From an uncultured Candidatus Rokubacteria bacterium (GTDB lineage: Bacteria > Methylomirabilota > Methylomirabilia > Rokubacteriales > CSP1-6): a stretch of 64,000 bases of DNA. Under the pieces are notes generated by a model that saw only the letters and a program-made list of their open reading frames with translations, searched no databases and was not told the DNA's origin. This document shows, piece by piece, positions 31,948 to 42,608 of the stretch (the stretch's first letter is position 1; every line of letters begins with the position of its first letter). Made by a program: the position numbers and the translations under genes. Location of the stretch: contig CAWBMV010000016.1 of the NCBI GenBank assembly GCA_963789955.1, forward strand, positions 32,001 to 96,000, given 5' to 3'.

Positions 31948-32677
31948 CGTCCACCGTCAGGACCTGCCCCTGGATCGCCTGCGCCGCCGGGCTCGCGAGA
32001 AAGTAGACGACGCCGGCGACTTCGTCCGCCGTCACGAGTGCCCGGCCCGGCGTGCGCTCGCGGATCGCCGCGAGCGCCGCCGTGCCGTCGGGCATCGCCT
32101 GCCACACGTCCGTCTCCACGGCCCCGGCCGACACCGTGTTCACGGTGATGCCCTTCGCGCCGAGCTCGACGGCGAGGTAGCGCGTGAGTCCCTCGAGCGC
32201 GGCCTTCGACACGCCGATCGACGCATAGCCCGGAATGACACGCTGGCTGCCGAGGCTCGACAGCGCGATGATCCGGCCGCCCGGCGTCATGATCCGCGAG
32301 GCTTCCTGGGCCAGGATCAGCAGCGCGCGCGCGTTGGTCGCCATGACCCAATCCCACTGCTTGGGCGAGAGATCGAGCCCGTCCCGCAGCACGCCGGATG
32401 CGGCGTTGCTCACCACGACGTCGAGACGACCCGCGCGGTTCTTGATCTCGGCCACCAGCCGCTTGATCTCCGCCGGCTCCTTGAGGTCGGCCTGCAGCAG
32501 GTGCGGCACGCCGCCGCGCAGCTCCACGTCGTGCGCCGTCTTTTCCGCGGCCTCGCGATTCACGAAGAAGTTCACGAAGACCAGGGCGCCGGCCTCGGCG
32601 AAGCGCAGCGCGATCGCGCGCCCGATGCCGCGGCCGCCGCCGGTCACCAGCACGCTGCGCGGTGTCGCGTCACTCAT
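31925..32677 (-). CDS. FabL-like enoyl-ACP reductase (SDR)
   Basis: TGGGRGIG, SNAASGVLR, SSLGS, Y-x6-K (YASIGVSK), RYLAVEL. Confidence 0.82.
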   Translation of the reverse strand: MSDATPRSVLVTGGGRGIGRAIALRFAEAGALVFVNFFVNREAAEKTAHDVELRGGVPHLLQADLKEPAEIKRLVAEIKNRAGRLDVVVSNAASGVLRDGLDLSPKQWDWVMATNARALLILAQEASRIMTPGGRIIALSSLGSQRVIPGYASIGVSKAALEGLTRYLAVELGAKGITVNTVSAGAVETDVWQAMPDGTAALAAIRERTPGRALVTADEVAGVVYFLASPAAQAIQGQVLTVDGGYSLLA

Positions 32678-32680
32678 GCG

Positions 32681-33160
32681 TCACGCGCCGCCGTCTCGCG
32701 GCGCGAGACCGGCGGGCACCGGCGTGAGCTCGCGCGCGAGCGCGCCGAGCCGCGCGGCATGGCGTTCCGCGTCGGTCCCGGGGGCCGCCGGCTCGAGCTC
32801 GTACTCGAGGGTCGCCGCCGCGACCCGGCGCGACTCGACCATCGCCGTCGCGTCGAGCACCCAGCCGTCGTCGCTTCGCCGCTCGCACCGGATCGCGAGC
32901 TGATCGCCGGGACGCACGGGATGCCGGAATGCGACGCGTGAGAGCCGGCGCAGCCGCCCGACCTCGGCGAACTCCCGGCTCAGCGCGATCAGGAGCTGGC
33001 ACGCCTGCGCGAACGCCTCGACGACGAGCGCGCCCGGCAAGACCGGGTAGCCGGGAAAGTGGTCGGCGAACACGTCGTCGAGCCCGCTCACGTGCTTCGA
33101 GGTCTCGATCCGGCGAGGGACGTCGAGCTTCACGATGCGGTCCACGAACACGAAGCGCAT
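32681..33160 (-). CDS. FabZ/FabA-like 3-hydroxyacyl-ACP dehydratase
   Basis: MRFVFVDRI, DHFPGYPVLPGALVVEAFAQ, FRHPVRPGDQL. Confidence 0.88.
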   Translation of the reverse strand: MRFVFVDRIVKLDVPRRIETSKHVSGLDDVFADHFPGYPVLPGALVVEAFAQACQLLIALSREFAEVGRLRRLSRVAFRHPVRPGDQLAIRCERRSDDGWVLDATAMVESRRVAAATLEYELEPAAPGTDAERHAARLGALARELTPVPAGLAPRDGGA

Positions 33161-33192
33161 CCTGGTGGACGGCGCGCGGCGCCGTCGTCTCC

Positions 33193-33801
33193 TCAGGCTC
33201 CGGCGGCGAGCCGCCCGGCGGCCGCGAGCTGGCCCACGAGGTACTCGGTGACGGCGTGAACGGTCAGCCGGCTCATGACGGCCTCGACCGCGTCCGGCGA
33301 GTGCAGGTTCTTCTCGAGATAGCCGGCGAGCTGGTCGACCTCGAGGCCCGACAGGTCGAGCGGGGTCAGCGCGAGATCGTCGAGCATGCGGGTGACGAGC
33401 ACCGTGACGACCTCGCGCGCGTCGCCGGAGACTCGGGCGATACCGTGCTTGGCGGCCATGTGCTCGAGCACCGCGCCGACCGTCGCCGGCGACACCATGC
33501 GCAGCTCCTCGGCCGCCACCGCGACGCGATACCGCGCCTCGAGCACGCGGGCCAGCACGCTCAGGTCGCGCCACTCGATCCGGCGCTCCTGGATCAGTCG
33601 CATCGGCAGGTCGACGCCGAAGGTCTGCTGACACTTGAAGCTCAGGTCGAGAAAGTCGATCGACTCGGCGCCGAGATCCGCGATCAGCGCGGCCTCCGCC
33701 GTCACGTTCCCCTCGTCGACGCCGAGTGATTCGACGATGAGCTTGCCCACGCTCACGCGAACTTCGGGTCGAGTCCAGATCTTCCTGGTATCGGGCTCCA
33801 T
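33193..33801 (-). CDS. Enlarged acyl carrier protein (202 aa)
   Basis: DLGAESIDFLDL phosphopantetheine site, followed by a large insertion before the terminal TVHAVTEYL helix. Confidence 0.8.
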   Translation of the reverse strand: MEPDTRKIWTRPEVRVSVGKLIVESLGVDEGNVTAEAALIADLGAESIDFLDLSFKCQQTFGVDLPMRLIQERRIEWRDLSVLARVLEARYRVAVAAEELRMVSPATVGAVLEHMAAKHGIARVSGDAREVVTVLVTRMLDDLALTPLDLSGLEVDQLAGYLEKNLHSPDAVEAVMSRLTVHAVTEYLVGQLAAAGRLAAGA

Positions 33802-33817
33802 GCGCTCCCCGGCCTCC

Positions 33818-34564
33818 TCAGCCGATTCCGCCGTCGACGGCGATGACCTGGCCCGTGATGTAGCTCGCCTCCTCCGAGGCGAGGAACACGGCCAGCGCGG
33901 CCACCTCTTCGGGGCGACCCACGCGCCGCATCGGGATCCACTCCCGAATCTTCGGCGCGGCCATGCCGATGAACGGACGGCTCATGTCGGTCTCGATCAA
34001 TCCCGGCGCGATCGCGTTCACCGTGACGCCCCGGGCGCCGAGCTCCCGCGCCAGGGCCACGGTGAAGGCGTTGACGCCGCCCTTCGACGCCGCGTAGCCG
34101 ACCTGGCCGCGGCCGGCCCGCGACGCCAGCACCGAGCTCACGTTGATGATGCGGCCCCAGCCCTGGCGGAGCATGTGCCCGGCGCCCAGACGCGCACAGC
34201 GAAAGACGGCGTCCAGGTTGGTCTCGAGCACCGACGCCCACTCGTCGTCCGGCGTCTCGACGAACAATCCCTCGCGGCTGATCCCCGCGTTGTTCACCAG
34301 GACGTCGAGCCGGCCCGCGCGCTCGACGACCGCACCGATCAGCGCCTCGGTCTGGGCCCGGTCGCTCACGTCGGCCTGGTACACGAAGCCGTGTCCGCCG
34401 GCCGCCTCGATCGCCCCCAAGGTTTCCTTGGCGCGCTCGTGCTGCTGGCGATAGTTGATGCACACCGTCGCGCCCGCCCGCGCCAGCGCGATGGCGATGG
34501 CGCGTCCGATACCGCGCGAGGCGCCGGTGACGAGCGCGGCGCGGCCGGTCAACGCGATCTGCAT
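33818..34564 (-). CDS. FabG-like 3-oxoacyl-ACP reductase
   Basis: TGASRGIG, NNAG, YAASK, APGLIETDM. Confidence 0.9.
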   Translation of the reverse strand: MQIALTGRAALVTGASRGIGRAIAIALARAGATVCINYRQQHERAKETLGAIEAAGGHGFVYQADVSDRAQTEALIGAVVERAGRLDVLVNNAGISREGLFVETPDDEWASVLETNLDAVFRCARLGAGHMLRQGWGRIINVSSVLASRAGRGQVGYAASKGGVNAFTVALARELGARGVTVNAIAPGLIETDMSRPFIGMAAPKIREWIPMRRVGRPEEVAALAVFLASEEASYITGQVIAVDGGIG

Positions 34565-34571
34565 GCCGGCG

Positions 34572-35829
34572 CTAGCTCCGCATCATGAGCGCCGAGCACT
34601 CGCCGAAGAGCCCGAGCGTGAGCACCAGCACGGAGCGTAGCACCGGAGTCGTCGCGGGGCTGGGGCCCCGCCGGCCGAGGCGCGATTCTGGATCATGGTC
34701 CGACACGTCGGGCGGCACGGTCGCGTGGCGGAGCGCCGACGAGCACGCCAGGAGCTCGACGGGGCTCGCGGCGGCGCCGAGGTCGGCGTGAGCCGCCTTC
34801 AGCTTGAGCCGTGGCGCCGACGGCGTCACCGCGCCGAGCGTGCGCGCGAGCGCTGCATCTTCGGCCCGATCGTGGGCCGGGATGCCGTCGCCGTGCAAGC
34901 TCACCAGATCGGGAGCGGTCTTCGCTTCCTCGAGCACCGTGTCGATCACTCGAGTGAGCCGGTCCGCCAGCCGCTGCGGATCGTCGCCGCCTCCGAGGCG
35001 GCCATCCCCGGCCGCCGAGGCGAAGCCGACCATCTCGCCGTGCACGCGCGCACCCCGTGCGATCGCGTGCTCGGCTTCTTCCAGCACGAGCAGGCCGCTG
35101 CCTTCACCCGGGACGAGGCCGGGCCGTCCATCGTCGCCGGCGATCACGCCGCCGCCCCAGTGCGTCGCGAAGAACAGCTCCTCGAGCTGGTCGTCGGCGC
35201 CGCCGCAGAGGGCGACGTCGAGATCGCCCTCGCTCGATGAGCCGCACGGCATCCCCCACCGCGCGCGCGCCGCCGACATGGCCCTCGGTCAGGGCCCGGC
35301 AGAATCCCTGCGCGTCATTCGCGATGGCCAGATGACCGGCGATCAGGTTCGGCAAAGTCTTCAGCGAGAAGTCGAGCGGGTTGATCGAGCGCATGCAGAA
35401 GGCGCTCGCGCGCGCCACGTCGAGCGTGCCCGGGGAGACCGTCGACTCCGACGCCGCGAGGTACTCCAGCATCGAGCCGAGATCCCAGGCGAGCATGTTC
35501 ACCCCGAGCAGCACGCCGAAGCGCCGCGGATCACCGGCGCCCGCGACGAGCCCCGCGTCTTCCATCGCGAGCGCGCCGCCGAGCATCGCCAGGAGCGTCG
35601 CGCGGTTCCAGAGCTTCTGCTGCTTGCGCGGCAGGCGCGCGAGATGAGGCTGAATGGCGTCCGGCGCCACCTCGGCCCCGCGCGACGCCGGCAGCCCGAG
35701 CGCGGCGAGCCGATCCCGGCGGCCGACGGCCGAGCGCCCCGCGCAGAGCGCCTGCCAGTGCGGCTCGATCCCGACGCCGAGCGGCGAGACGACGCCGCGC
35801 CCGGTCAGCACGACGCCGCGCCCCCTCAT
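34572..35829 (-). CDS. Catalytically degenerate ketosynthase (chain-length-factor-like; frameshift near 35230)
   Basis: VVLTGRGVVSPLG, LKTLPNLIAGHLAI, PGEGSGLLVLE. The Cys position reads EGHVGG and the second His position reads AHADLG. Confidence 0.8.
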
Positions 35830-36111
35830 GCGCGGGCACCTCGCGCCGGGTCGCCGGCCGGCGGCTCGACGCACACGAACATGAGCGTCGCCCGCGCGAT
35901 CGGCGTGCGCTCGACGTACACCTCGCTCTCCGTCTCGGCGACGCTCGTCCCGTCGGCCACCGACGTGAGCCCGCGGAGCGTGGCACGAGCGCAGCCGGTC
36001 GCCCGCGGCAGCGACGCCCGCGAGACGGCAGTCGGGCACCTTGAGGAGCAGCGGCAAGCGGCTCCGGCCGAGGTGACGGAAGACGATCTCGTCGACGAAT
36101 TGGTAGCGCAT
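35826..36111 (-). pseudogene. Short FabZ-like hotdog protein, internally deleted/frameshifted
   Basis: MRYQFVDEI start and LLLKV..AGDRL..IARATLMF end, but no HF..PG..E segment. Confidence 0.55.
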
Positions 36112-36149
36112 GCAGAGACGGGTCGAGCGACCGGAGACGAGTGGTGGCG

Positions 36150-38759
36150 CTAGAACAGCACGGCCAGCGCCGCGATGCCCAGGAGCGCCGCGCCGATGGT
36201 CTGCGCGATATCGCGAACCGTCGGCAGGGTGCGGATCTTTTCCTCTTCCTTCGGTGGCACGATGACGGTGTCGCCGGCCTCGACAGTACGGATGTTCGTG
36301 AAGCTGGCGATGGCCGAGCCGTCGGCCTTCACGATGTGGGCTTCCTTCTTGTCCGCCTCTTTCGAGTAGCCGCCGACACGATTGATGTAGTAGTCGACGC
36401 CGGCGCCGTCCTTGTGCTGGACCGAGGTCGACGTGCGCACCGCACCGATGACCAGCACCGAGTCGGGCGGCTCCGGCACGCTCAGCGTGTCGCCGTCGAC
36501 CAGGGTGACGTCGTTCTCCGTACCCTTGAGCTTGTCGGGCTGGTCGAGGCGCACGACCATGCGGCCCACCACGACCTTCGCTGGCCAGGAGCCGCAGCGC
36601 CTCGCGGCGCGCCTGCAGCGCTTGCTGCTGGGCGGCGACTTCTTCCTTCTCGGCGCCGACGATCACCGTCGAGGCCGACGCGAGCATGCGCTGCTCCTGG
36701 GTCTTCATGAAGGCGTCGAGCTGCTCCTGCTCGATCCGCCGGAGCGAGGCGCGGGTGAACGCCGCACCCTTGAGGAACGCGCGGTCGGTGAAACCGCCGG
36801 CGCGCTGGAGCACCGAGGAGAGCTTCTCCCCTGTCGGCGATCGTATAGATGCCCGGTCGCAGGACCTGCCCGCCCAGCACGATCGTCCGGGCGGCCTTGA
36901 GCTCGGTGCGCACCGTCACCTCGTCGAGCGGCCTCAGCAGCAGATCCTGGTTCAGGTCGCCGCCCCACGCCTTCTTCAGATCGACGGACAGCACTTCCAT
37001 CGTCAGATCCGGACGCCGGCGCGCCACCTCGACGCGCTCGGTGTAGGCCTCGGGCAGGAGCTTGTCGGCCGGCAGGAGCTGGCTGATCCGCATCAACGGC
37101 TTGAGCTCGTACGCGCCGGGATACCGCACCGCGCCATCGACCTTCACGATGTTGTACACACGCGGGTCGGCCGGGTGAATGAGCACGAGATCACCCGCGT
37201 TGACGAGCGGGTTGCTCGCCTCGTCGCCCTTCAGGTAATGCGCCGTCAGATCGACGTCGAGCGTCGCGCGCTCGGCGTTCGGCAGCGCGCGGACGATCTG
37301 GACCCGCTTGAGATAGCTGGTCGGAGTGACGCCGCCCGCGAGGGTGACGACGTCGGCCAGACGGGTCCCCGTCTGGACTTCGTAGATCGCCGGCCGCTTG
37401 ACCTCGCCCGCCACCGCGACCACGTCGCCGACCGTCGGCACGAAGATCGTATCGCCGGACTCGAGCCGGTAGTCGCGCGCCCGGTCGCCGCGCTGCAGGA
37501 AGTCGTAGAGGTCGATGCGCGCGACCTGAACGTTGCTGCGCAGCAGCCGCACCTCGCGGAGCGAGCCGAGCTTGGTCGGCCCGCCGGCGCTGTAGAGCGC
37601 GTTCGTCACGGTGGCGAGCGAGCTCAAGGTGTAGACGCCGGGCTGGCAGACCTCGCCGACGACGTGAACGCTGACGGTGCGCAGCCGCCCCATGGTCACG
37701 CTGGTCTGGAAGCCGCGGAAGAACCGGGAGAGCTCGTCCCGGATCAGACGATCGGCCTGGGAGAACGTGAGCCCCCAGATCCGGAGGTCACCAACTTTCG
37801 GAAGCACGATCCGCCCGTTGCGATCGACCGTGCGGATCAGGGTGCTATCGACCGCTCCCCAGACGTTGATCGTGAGATCGTCGCCGGGACCGAGCACGTA
37901 GTCGGGTCCGACCGGAATGTCGTCGACGGGCGCGAACGTCGAGACGTTCGCGGCGAACATCGCGTAGCCGTACTGCCGCAGCGGCGAGCCGAACGGCCCG
38001 AGGTAGGCCTGCGACGGCTGATCTTGATTGCTCGGCCGCTGCGATTGCGGGAGCTGTTGCAGGAGCGCGGCCTGCTGCGCCTGCTGCGACGATTGCGGCT
38101 GCTGCATCGCGAATTGCGCCTGGGTCTGCTGGAAGCTTCCGATCTGCTGGACGCGCACCGAATCCAGATTGAAGCCGGCCTCGATTCTCGAGAACTCGTC
38201 GACGTCGGACGCCGTCGACGGCACGCCCGCGTTGGACGTCCGCGGGTCGGCGAACTGCTGCGGCTGTTGTTGCTGCGGCGGCTGTTGTTGCGTGAGCGGG
38301 CTGACCCGGAGCGCCGAGGGCTCCCGGCGCGCTTTGCGTCACGGTGACCTGCGTCACCGTCCCACCCTGGGCGACCTGCGGCCCTTGCTGGTACGGGAGC
38401 TGGTCCGCGGGCCGCGAGCGGGGAATCGAGACGGTCTGATACGGGCGGCCTCCGATACCGGGCTGGCAGATGTTCGGCCCCGCCGGCCCAGCCGGTCGCT
38501 GGATCATCTGGGGAGATTGCTGCATCTGGGGAAGCATTTGCGGCTGCTGCGGCACGCCGACGTAAGGAGCCGTCGTGCTCGGGCCTGGCAGCACACGGCC
38601 GTAGGCGCCGTCGCTTTGACCCAGGCTGGGCGTCATCTGGTACCCGTTGCCGTTGCCCGGGGTTGACGTCTGCGCGAGAGCAGGAGACACCGCGAGGACG
38701 AGGTCGGACCCGAGCAGGGCGACCATGGTCATCGTGGCCAGGAGTTTCCTCGACCGCAT
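36150..38759 (-). CDS. Polysaccharide export protein with multiple SLBB domains (Wza/KpsD-like; frameshifted)
   Basis: Signal peptide, YVLGPGDDL, VDRNGRIVLPKVG, repeated V.GEV..P..Y SLBB units, GDTVIVPP. Confidence 0.88.
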
Positions 38760-38763
38760 GTTC

Positions 38764-40236
38764 CTATCCTCTCCCGAGGCGCTCGATTTTACGCGAACGT
38801 TCCTCGAACCGAATGATCCGACTTCTGGCGATACTCGACGGACCGATATCCAACAGGTGGTAGACGCTCACGATCGTGGACGCATCGCCGGCGCCGACGC
38901 TCGTCACCCAGGCCGGCGGCCCGCTGAGGCGCTCATCGACGAGCCGAAGGAGCTTGCGGCCCGTGCGAAGGGTCCCCGGCGCGACGAACACGACTTCCAG
39001 GTCGATCAGGCGTTGGCAGTAGGCCGACCAGGCGTCGGGCCGCGTGCGCTGGAGCGCGCCGAGCATCGCCTGGACGGCCCGCTCGCGGGCCGCGGCATCG
39101 CCCTCGAGCTCGAGGCGGAATTGCACGACGGTGGTGAGATCGCGCTCGTAGAGCCCGACCTGCCAGTCGTTCGGGAGCCGCGGCACCTCCGCGAGCAGCG
39201 GCTCGAAGAAGTCCGGGCGAAGATTGCCCCAGGCGCACGAGACCTGCTCGTCGAGCCTGCCCCGCAACGGCGAGAGCCGGCGGAACGGGAGCCCGCACGC
39301 GCAGGGCTCCGGAACCCAGCGCGCCACGTCGCCCGTGCGGTAGCGGATCAGCGGCATCACCCGCCGGCTCACCGTCGTCAGGACGATCTCTCCGTAGCCG
39401 TCGGAGTCCGCATCGGCGAGCTCGACGCAGAAGTCGAACTCGTTCACGTGATAGCCCGCACGCTGCGTGCATTCGAAGCCGAGGATGGTCGCGGCCTCGG
39501 TCGACGCGTACGTCATACACACGAGCGCGCCCCAGAAGCTCTCGAGCTCGGCCCGCGTACGCGGCGTGATCCCCTCGCCGCCGCCGATCAGGACTTTCAT
39601 CGGCCCGGGCCGTCCGCGCTCGCGCGCGATCTCGGTCAGCCGCGCCAGCCAGAAAGGATCGCCGACGATGACGTTGAAGCGGTACTCGGCGAGCCGCTCG
39701 TAGGCCTCGCGCGGATCGACGCGGCCCACGACCATCGAGAACATCGGCGTGTAGCGCATGAGGCGTTCGACGAGCAAGGAGCCGAGACCCCAGTCGAGCC
39801 CGAGCGTCGAGAGGAGCCGGTCTCCCCGCCCCAGGCCGTAGAGTCCGAGCATGAGGCCGCCCTGGCGGGCGTTGTACTCGAGCTCACGCCGGCTCAGGTA
39901 GACGCGCGTCACGTGGCCCGAGGTGCCGGAGCTCTCGATCGCGAGCTCGGCCGGCCCCGTCACGAGCGCCTCGGGGCGCGTCTTGAGGATCTCCGGGGTG
40001 AGGTAGAAGTCGCCGAGATCCTCGAGCCGGCGGAGGCCCCGCGCCTCGATGCGCGCGGCCGCGAAGGCGTCGCGATACCAGGGTGCGCGCGCGGCGATCC
40101 GGAACGTCTCGCGCAGCCCCGGCGCGCGCAGCGTTTCCAGCACCGGCAGCGGCAGCGCGCGCAGGAACGCCAGCGGAAGCCGCGGGTAACGGCGGCCGAG
40201 CGCGAAGAGGACCTCGGAGCCGGCTCGGAGGTTCAT
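38764..40236 (-). CDS. Phenylacetate-CoA ligase (PaaK)-like adenylating enzyme
   Basis: ESSGTSG, TYASTE, PLIRYRTGD, CACG, GRLDE. Confidence 0.85.
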   Translation of the reverse strand: MNLRAGSEVLFALGRRYPRLPLAFLRALPLPVLETLRAPGLRETFRIAARAPWYRDAFAAARIEARGLRRLEDLGDFYLTPEILKTRPEALVTGPAELAIESSGTSGHVTRVYLSRRELEYNARQGGLMLGLYGLGRGDRLLSTLGLDWGLGSLLVERLMRYTPMFSMVVGRVDPREAYERLAEYRFNVIVGDPFWLARLTEIARERGRPGPMKVLIGGGEGITPRTRAELESFWGALVCMTYASTEAATILGFECTQRAGYHVNEFDFCVELADADSDGYGEIVLTTVSRRVMPLIRYRTGDVARWVPEPCACGLPFRRLSPLRGRLDEQVSCAWGNLRPDFFEPLLAEVPRLPNDWQVGLYERDLTTVVQFRLELEGDAAARERAVQAMLGALQRTRPDAWSAYCQRLIDLEVVFVAPGTLRTGRKLLRLVDERLSGPPAWVTSVGAGDASTIVSVYHLLDIGPSSIARSRIIRFEERSRKIERLGRG

Positions 40237-41434
40237 CGCGCGTAGTGAGCGAAGACCTTGTCGAGGGCGCGCAGGACGTCATCCTGGTCGGCGTCGGTCA
40301 TCGCGGCGAAGAGGGGCAAGGTCACCAGCCGCGGCTCAACGGCGTCGGCCGTTGCGCACAGTCCCTTCCCGTAATGGACCCGCTTTCGATAGAACGGGTG
40401 ATTGTAGACGAGCGGATAGTGAACGGTGGCCCCGATGTTCTCGGCGCGCAGCGCCTCGACGATCGTGTCGCGTTCCACCACGAGACGCTCGAGGCGAAGC
40501 AGGACGACGAAGAGATGCCAGCCGTGCCGCCCGCCCGGCGGGAGCGCCGGGAGCTCGACGAACGGTGAGCCCCCAGCCGCTCGCGGTAACGCCGGGCGAG
40601 GCGATCTCGCTGTGTCCAGAAGCGATCCAGCTTGGCGAGCTGGGACAACCCCAGCGCCGACTGGAAATCGGTAAGTCGATAGTTGTCGCCTGGCTCGTGA
40701 ATCTCGTAGCGCCAGGGGCGCGGGCCGGCGGGCACGCGGATGCCGTGGTGGCGCGCCGCCCGCATCCGCTCGGCGAGGTCGTCGCGATCGGTCAGCACGG
40801 CTCCGCCTTCTCCGGTGGTGACGATCTTCGCGGGATGGAAGGAGACGGTCGTCAGATCGGCCAGCGCGCCGACGGGTCGATCTCCGGAGGCGCCGCCGAA
40901 CGAATGCGCTGCGTCCGCGATCACGATCCAGCCGTGCTCGCGCGCGATCGCCAGCAATCGGTCGTACTCGCACGGAAGCCCGGCGAAGTCGACGGCCAGC
41001 ACAGCGCGGGTCCGGGACGTCGCGACCCGCTTGACCGCGCCGGGAGCCAGATTCAGGGTCGAGCCGTCGATGTCGGCGAAGACCGGCAGCGCGCCGCGAT
41101 CGACGATCGCGTTCGCGGTCGCCGCGAACGTGAGCGGCGCCGTGATCACCTCGTCGCCGGCGCCGAACCCCGCCGCCCGGCACGCGAGGTGAAGTGCCGC
41201 CGTGCCGCTCGCGACCGCGACCGCGTGACGCACCCCCGCGCGCTCGGCCAGGGCCCGCTCGAAGCGGACGACCGCCGGGCCCTGCGTGATCCAGTCCGCG
41301 GCGAGGGCGGCGCTGACCGCGGCGATGTCGTCGGCCTCGATCGTCTGGCGTGCGTACGGCAGCGGTGTGGCCCGAACGCGAGAGCCACCGTGGAGCGCCA
41401 GCGTGTCGCTACGGCGTCGAGGGGGATGGCTCAC
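40233..41434 (-). CDS. DegT/PseC/ArnB-family PLP sugar aminotransferase (frameshift near 40570)
   Basis: SGTAALH, TFAATAN, DAAHSFG, SFHPAKIVTTGEGG, LVTLPLF. Confidence 0.9.
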
Positions 41435-41438
41435 GGGC

Positions 41439-42608
41439 TCAGCGCTTTCCGAACCGGCGACGGGCGTTGTTCTCGAGCATCACGGCGAGCGACACACCGA
41501 GCACGAGCATGATCACGCCGGCGATCGCGCCGTTTCGCGTCGCCCGGGGGCGCGAGTACCGTGCGGCCGGGACCGCCCGGTCGAGCACCTGCACCACCGG
41601 GGTGTCTCGCGCCTCGGCGATCCGCGCCTGCTCGAGCTGCTGGGTCAGCAAGGTCACGAGCACCTCTTGAATCTTCACCTCGCGTGCCAGCTTCACCAGC
41701 TCCAGCCCCAGCTCGGGGACGCGCGCGAACGGCACCATGAAGTCGCCCTTCTGGGCCCGACCGTCGGGGACGCTGCGCTCGCCGAATTGCATCTGCGCGT
41801 ACTGCCGGTTCATCTCGTCGATGCGCCGGCGCAGCGCGACGATCTCGGGATTGGCCTCCGTCGCGAAGTTCCGCATGACCTGCAGCTGCACCTCCGCGGC
41901 CATGATCTCGCCCTTCAGCCGCGCCGCGGCCTCGATCGCGCCCTTGGTCTGGTCTTGCAGCACGATCGCGCGGTTCTGCTCCTGAAACCGGCGCAGCGAC
42001 TGCTCGGCGGAATCCAGGTCGACCCGGGCTCGCGCGAGCTGGCCGGTCAGGAACATGCGCTGGCGCGAGGCCTCGCCGGTTCCGTAGCGCGCAATCTGCT
42101 GATCCAAGAGCTCGATGTAGTAGTTGGCGATCGCGGCAGCGGTCGCCGGATCTCGATCCTCGACCTTGACCGATATGACGCCCTCCCGCGAGGTGGCGAT
42201 CGTGGTCAGGTCGCGCAGCTGCTTGACCGCGTCGTCGGGATAGCTGGCGCGGTAGCGAGCCTGAAGCCCGAAGCGCTCGACGATGGCCTGGGCGATCGTC
42301 CGGCTCTTGAGCACGCCGACCAGCAGATCGCGATTCGGCGTGAACGAGGGCAAGGTGGGCATGGCGACGCCTGGATTCTGCTGGAGCATACCGGACGCCA
42401 GCAGACCGCCGAGCACGCCGCCGCTTCCTTCTTTCGGCGTCACGAGGGTCGCCGTCGATTCGTACCACTTCGGCAGCAGCCTCGAGACACCGTAGGTGCC
42501 GACGCTGGCGACGACACACAGGGCGATGACGACCCACCGCTGTCGCCAGACCATCGACGTCAGATCGCCGAACGTCATCTCGCCGCCACGTTCTGACGAG
42601 TCCATCAT
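41439..42608 (-). CDS. Polysaccharide co-polymerase (Wzz/GumC, GNVR domain; no kinase domain)
   Basis: TM, coiled coil, TM; YESTATL, LKSRTIA, VQVLDRAVPA..SRP. Confidence 0.85.
   Translation of the reverse strand: MMDSSERGGEMTFGDLTSMVWRQRWVVIALCVVASVGTYGVSRLLPKWYESTATLVTPKEGSGGVLGGLLASGMLQQNPGVAMPTLPSFTPNRDLLVGVLKSRTIAQAIVERFGLQARYRASYPDDAVKQLRDLTTIATSREGVISVKVEDRDPATAAAIANYYIELLDQQIARYGTGEASRQRMFLTGQLARARVDLDSAEQSLRRFQEQNRAIVLQDQTKGAIEAAARLKGEIMAAEVQLQVMRNFATEANPEIVALRRRIDEMNRQYAQMQFGERSVPDGRAQKGDFMVPFARVPELGLELVKLAREVKIQEVLVTLLTQQLEQARIAEARDTPVVQVLDRAVPAARYSRPRATRNGAIAGVIMLVLGVSLAVMLENNARRRFGKR

Noticed and set aside
30631..36111. Aryl polyene or housekeeping FAS II cluster
   Set aside because: It lacks the typical Ape accessory set and FabD/FabH/PlsX, and it includes an enoyl reductase, a dead KS and an atypical ACP.
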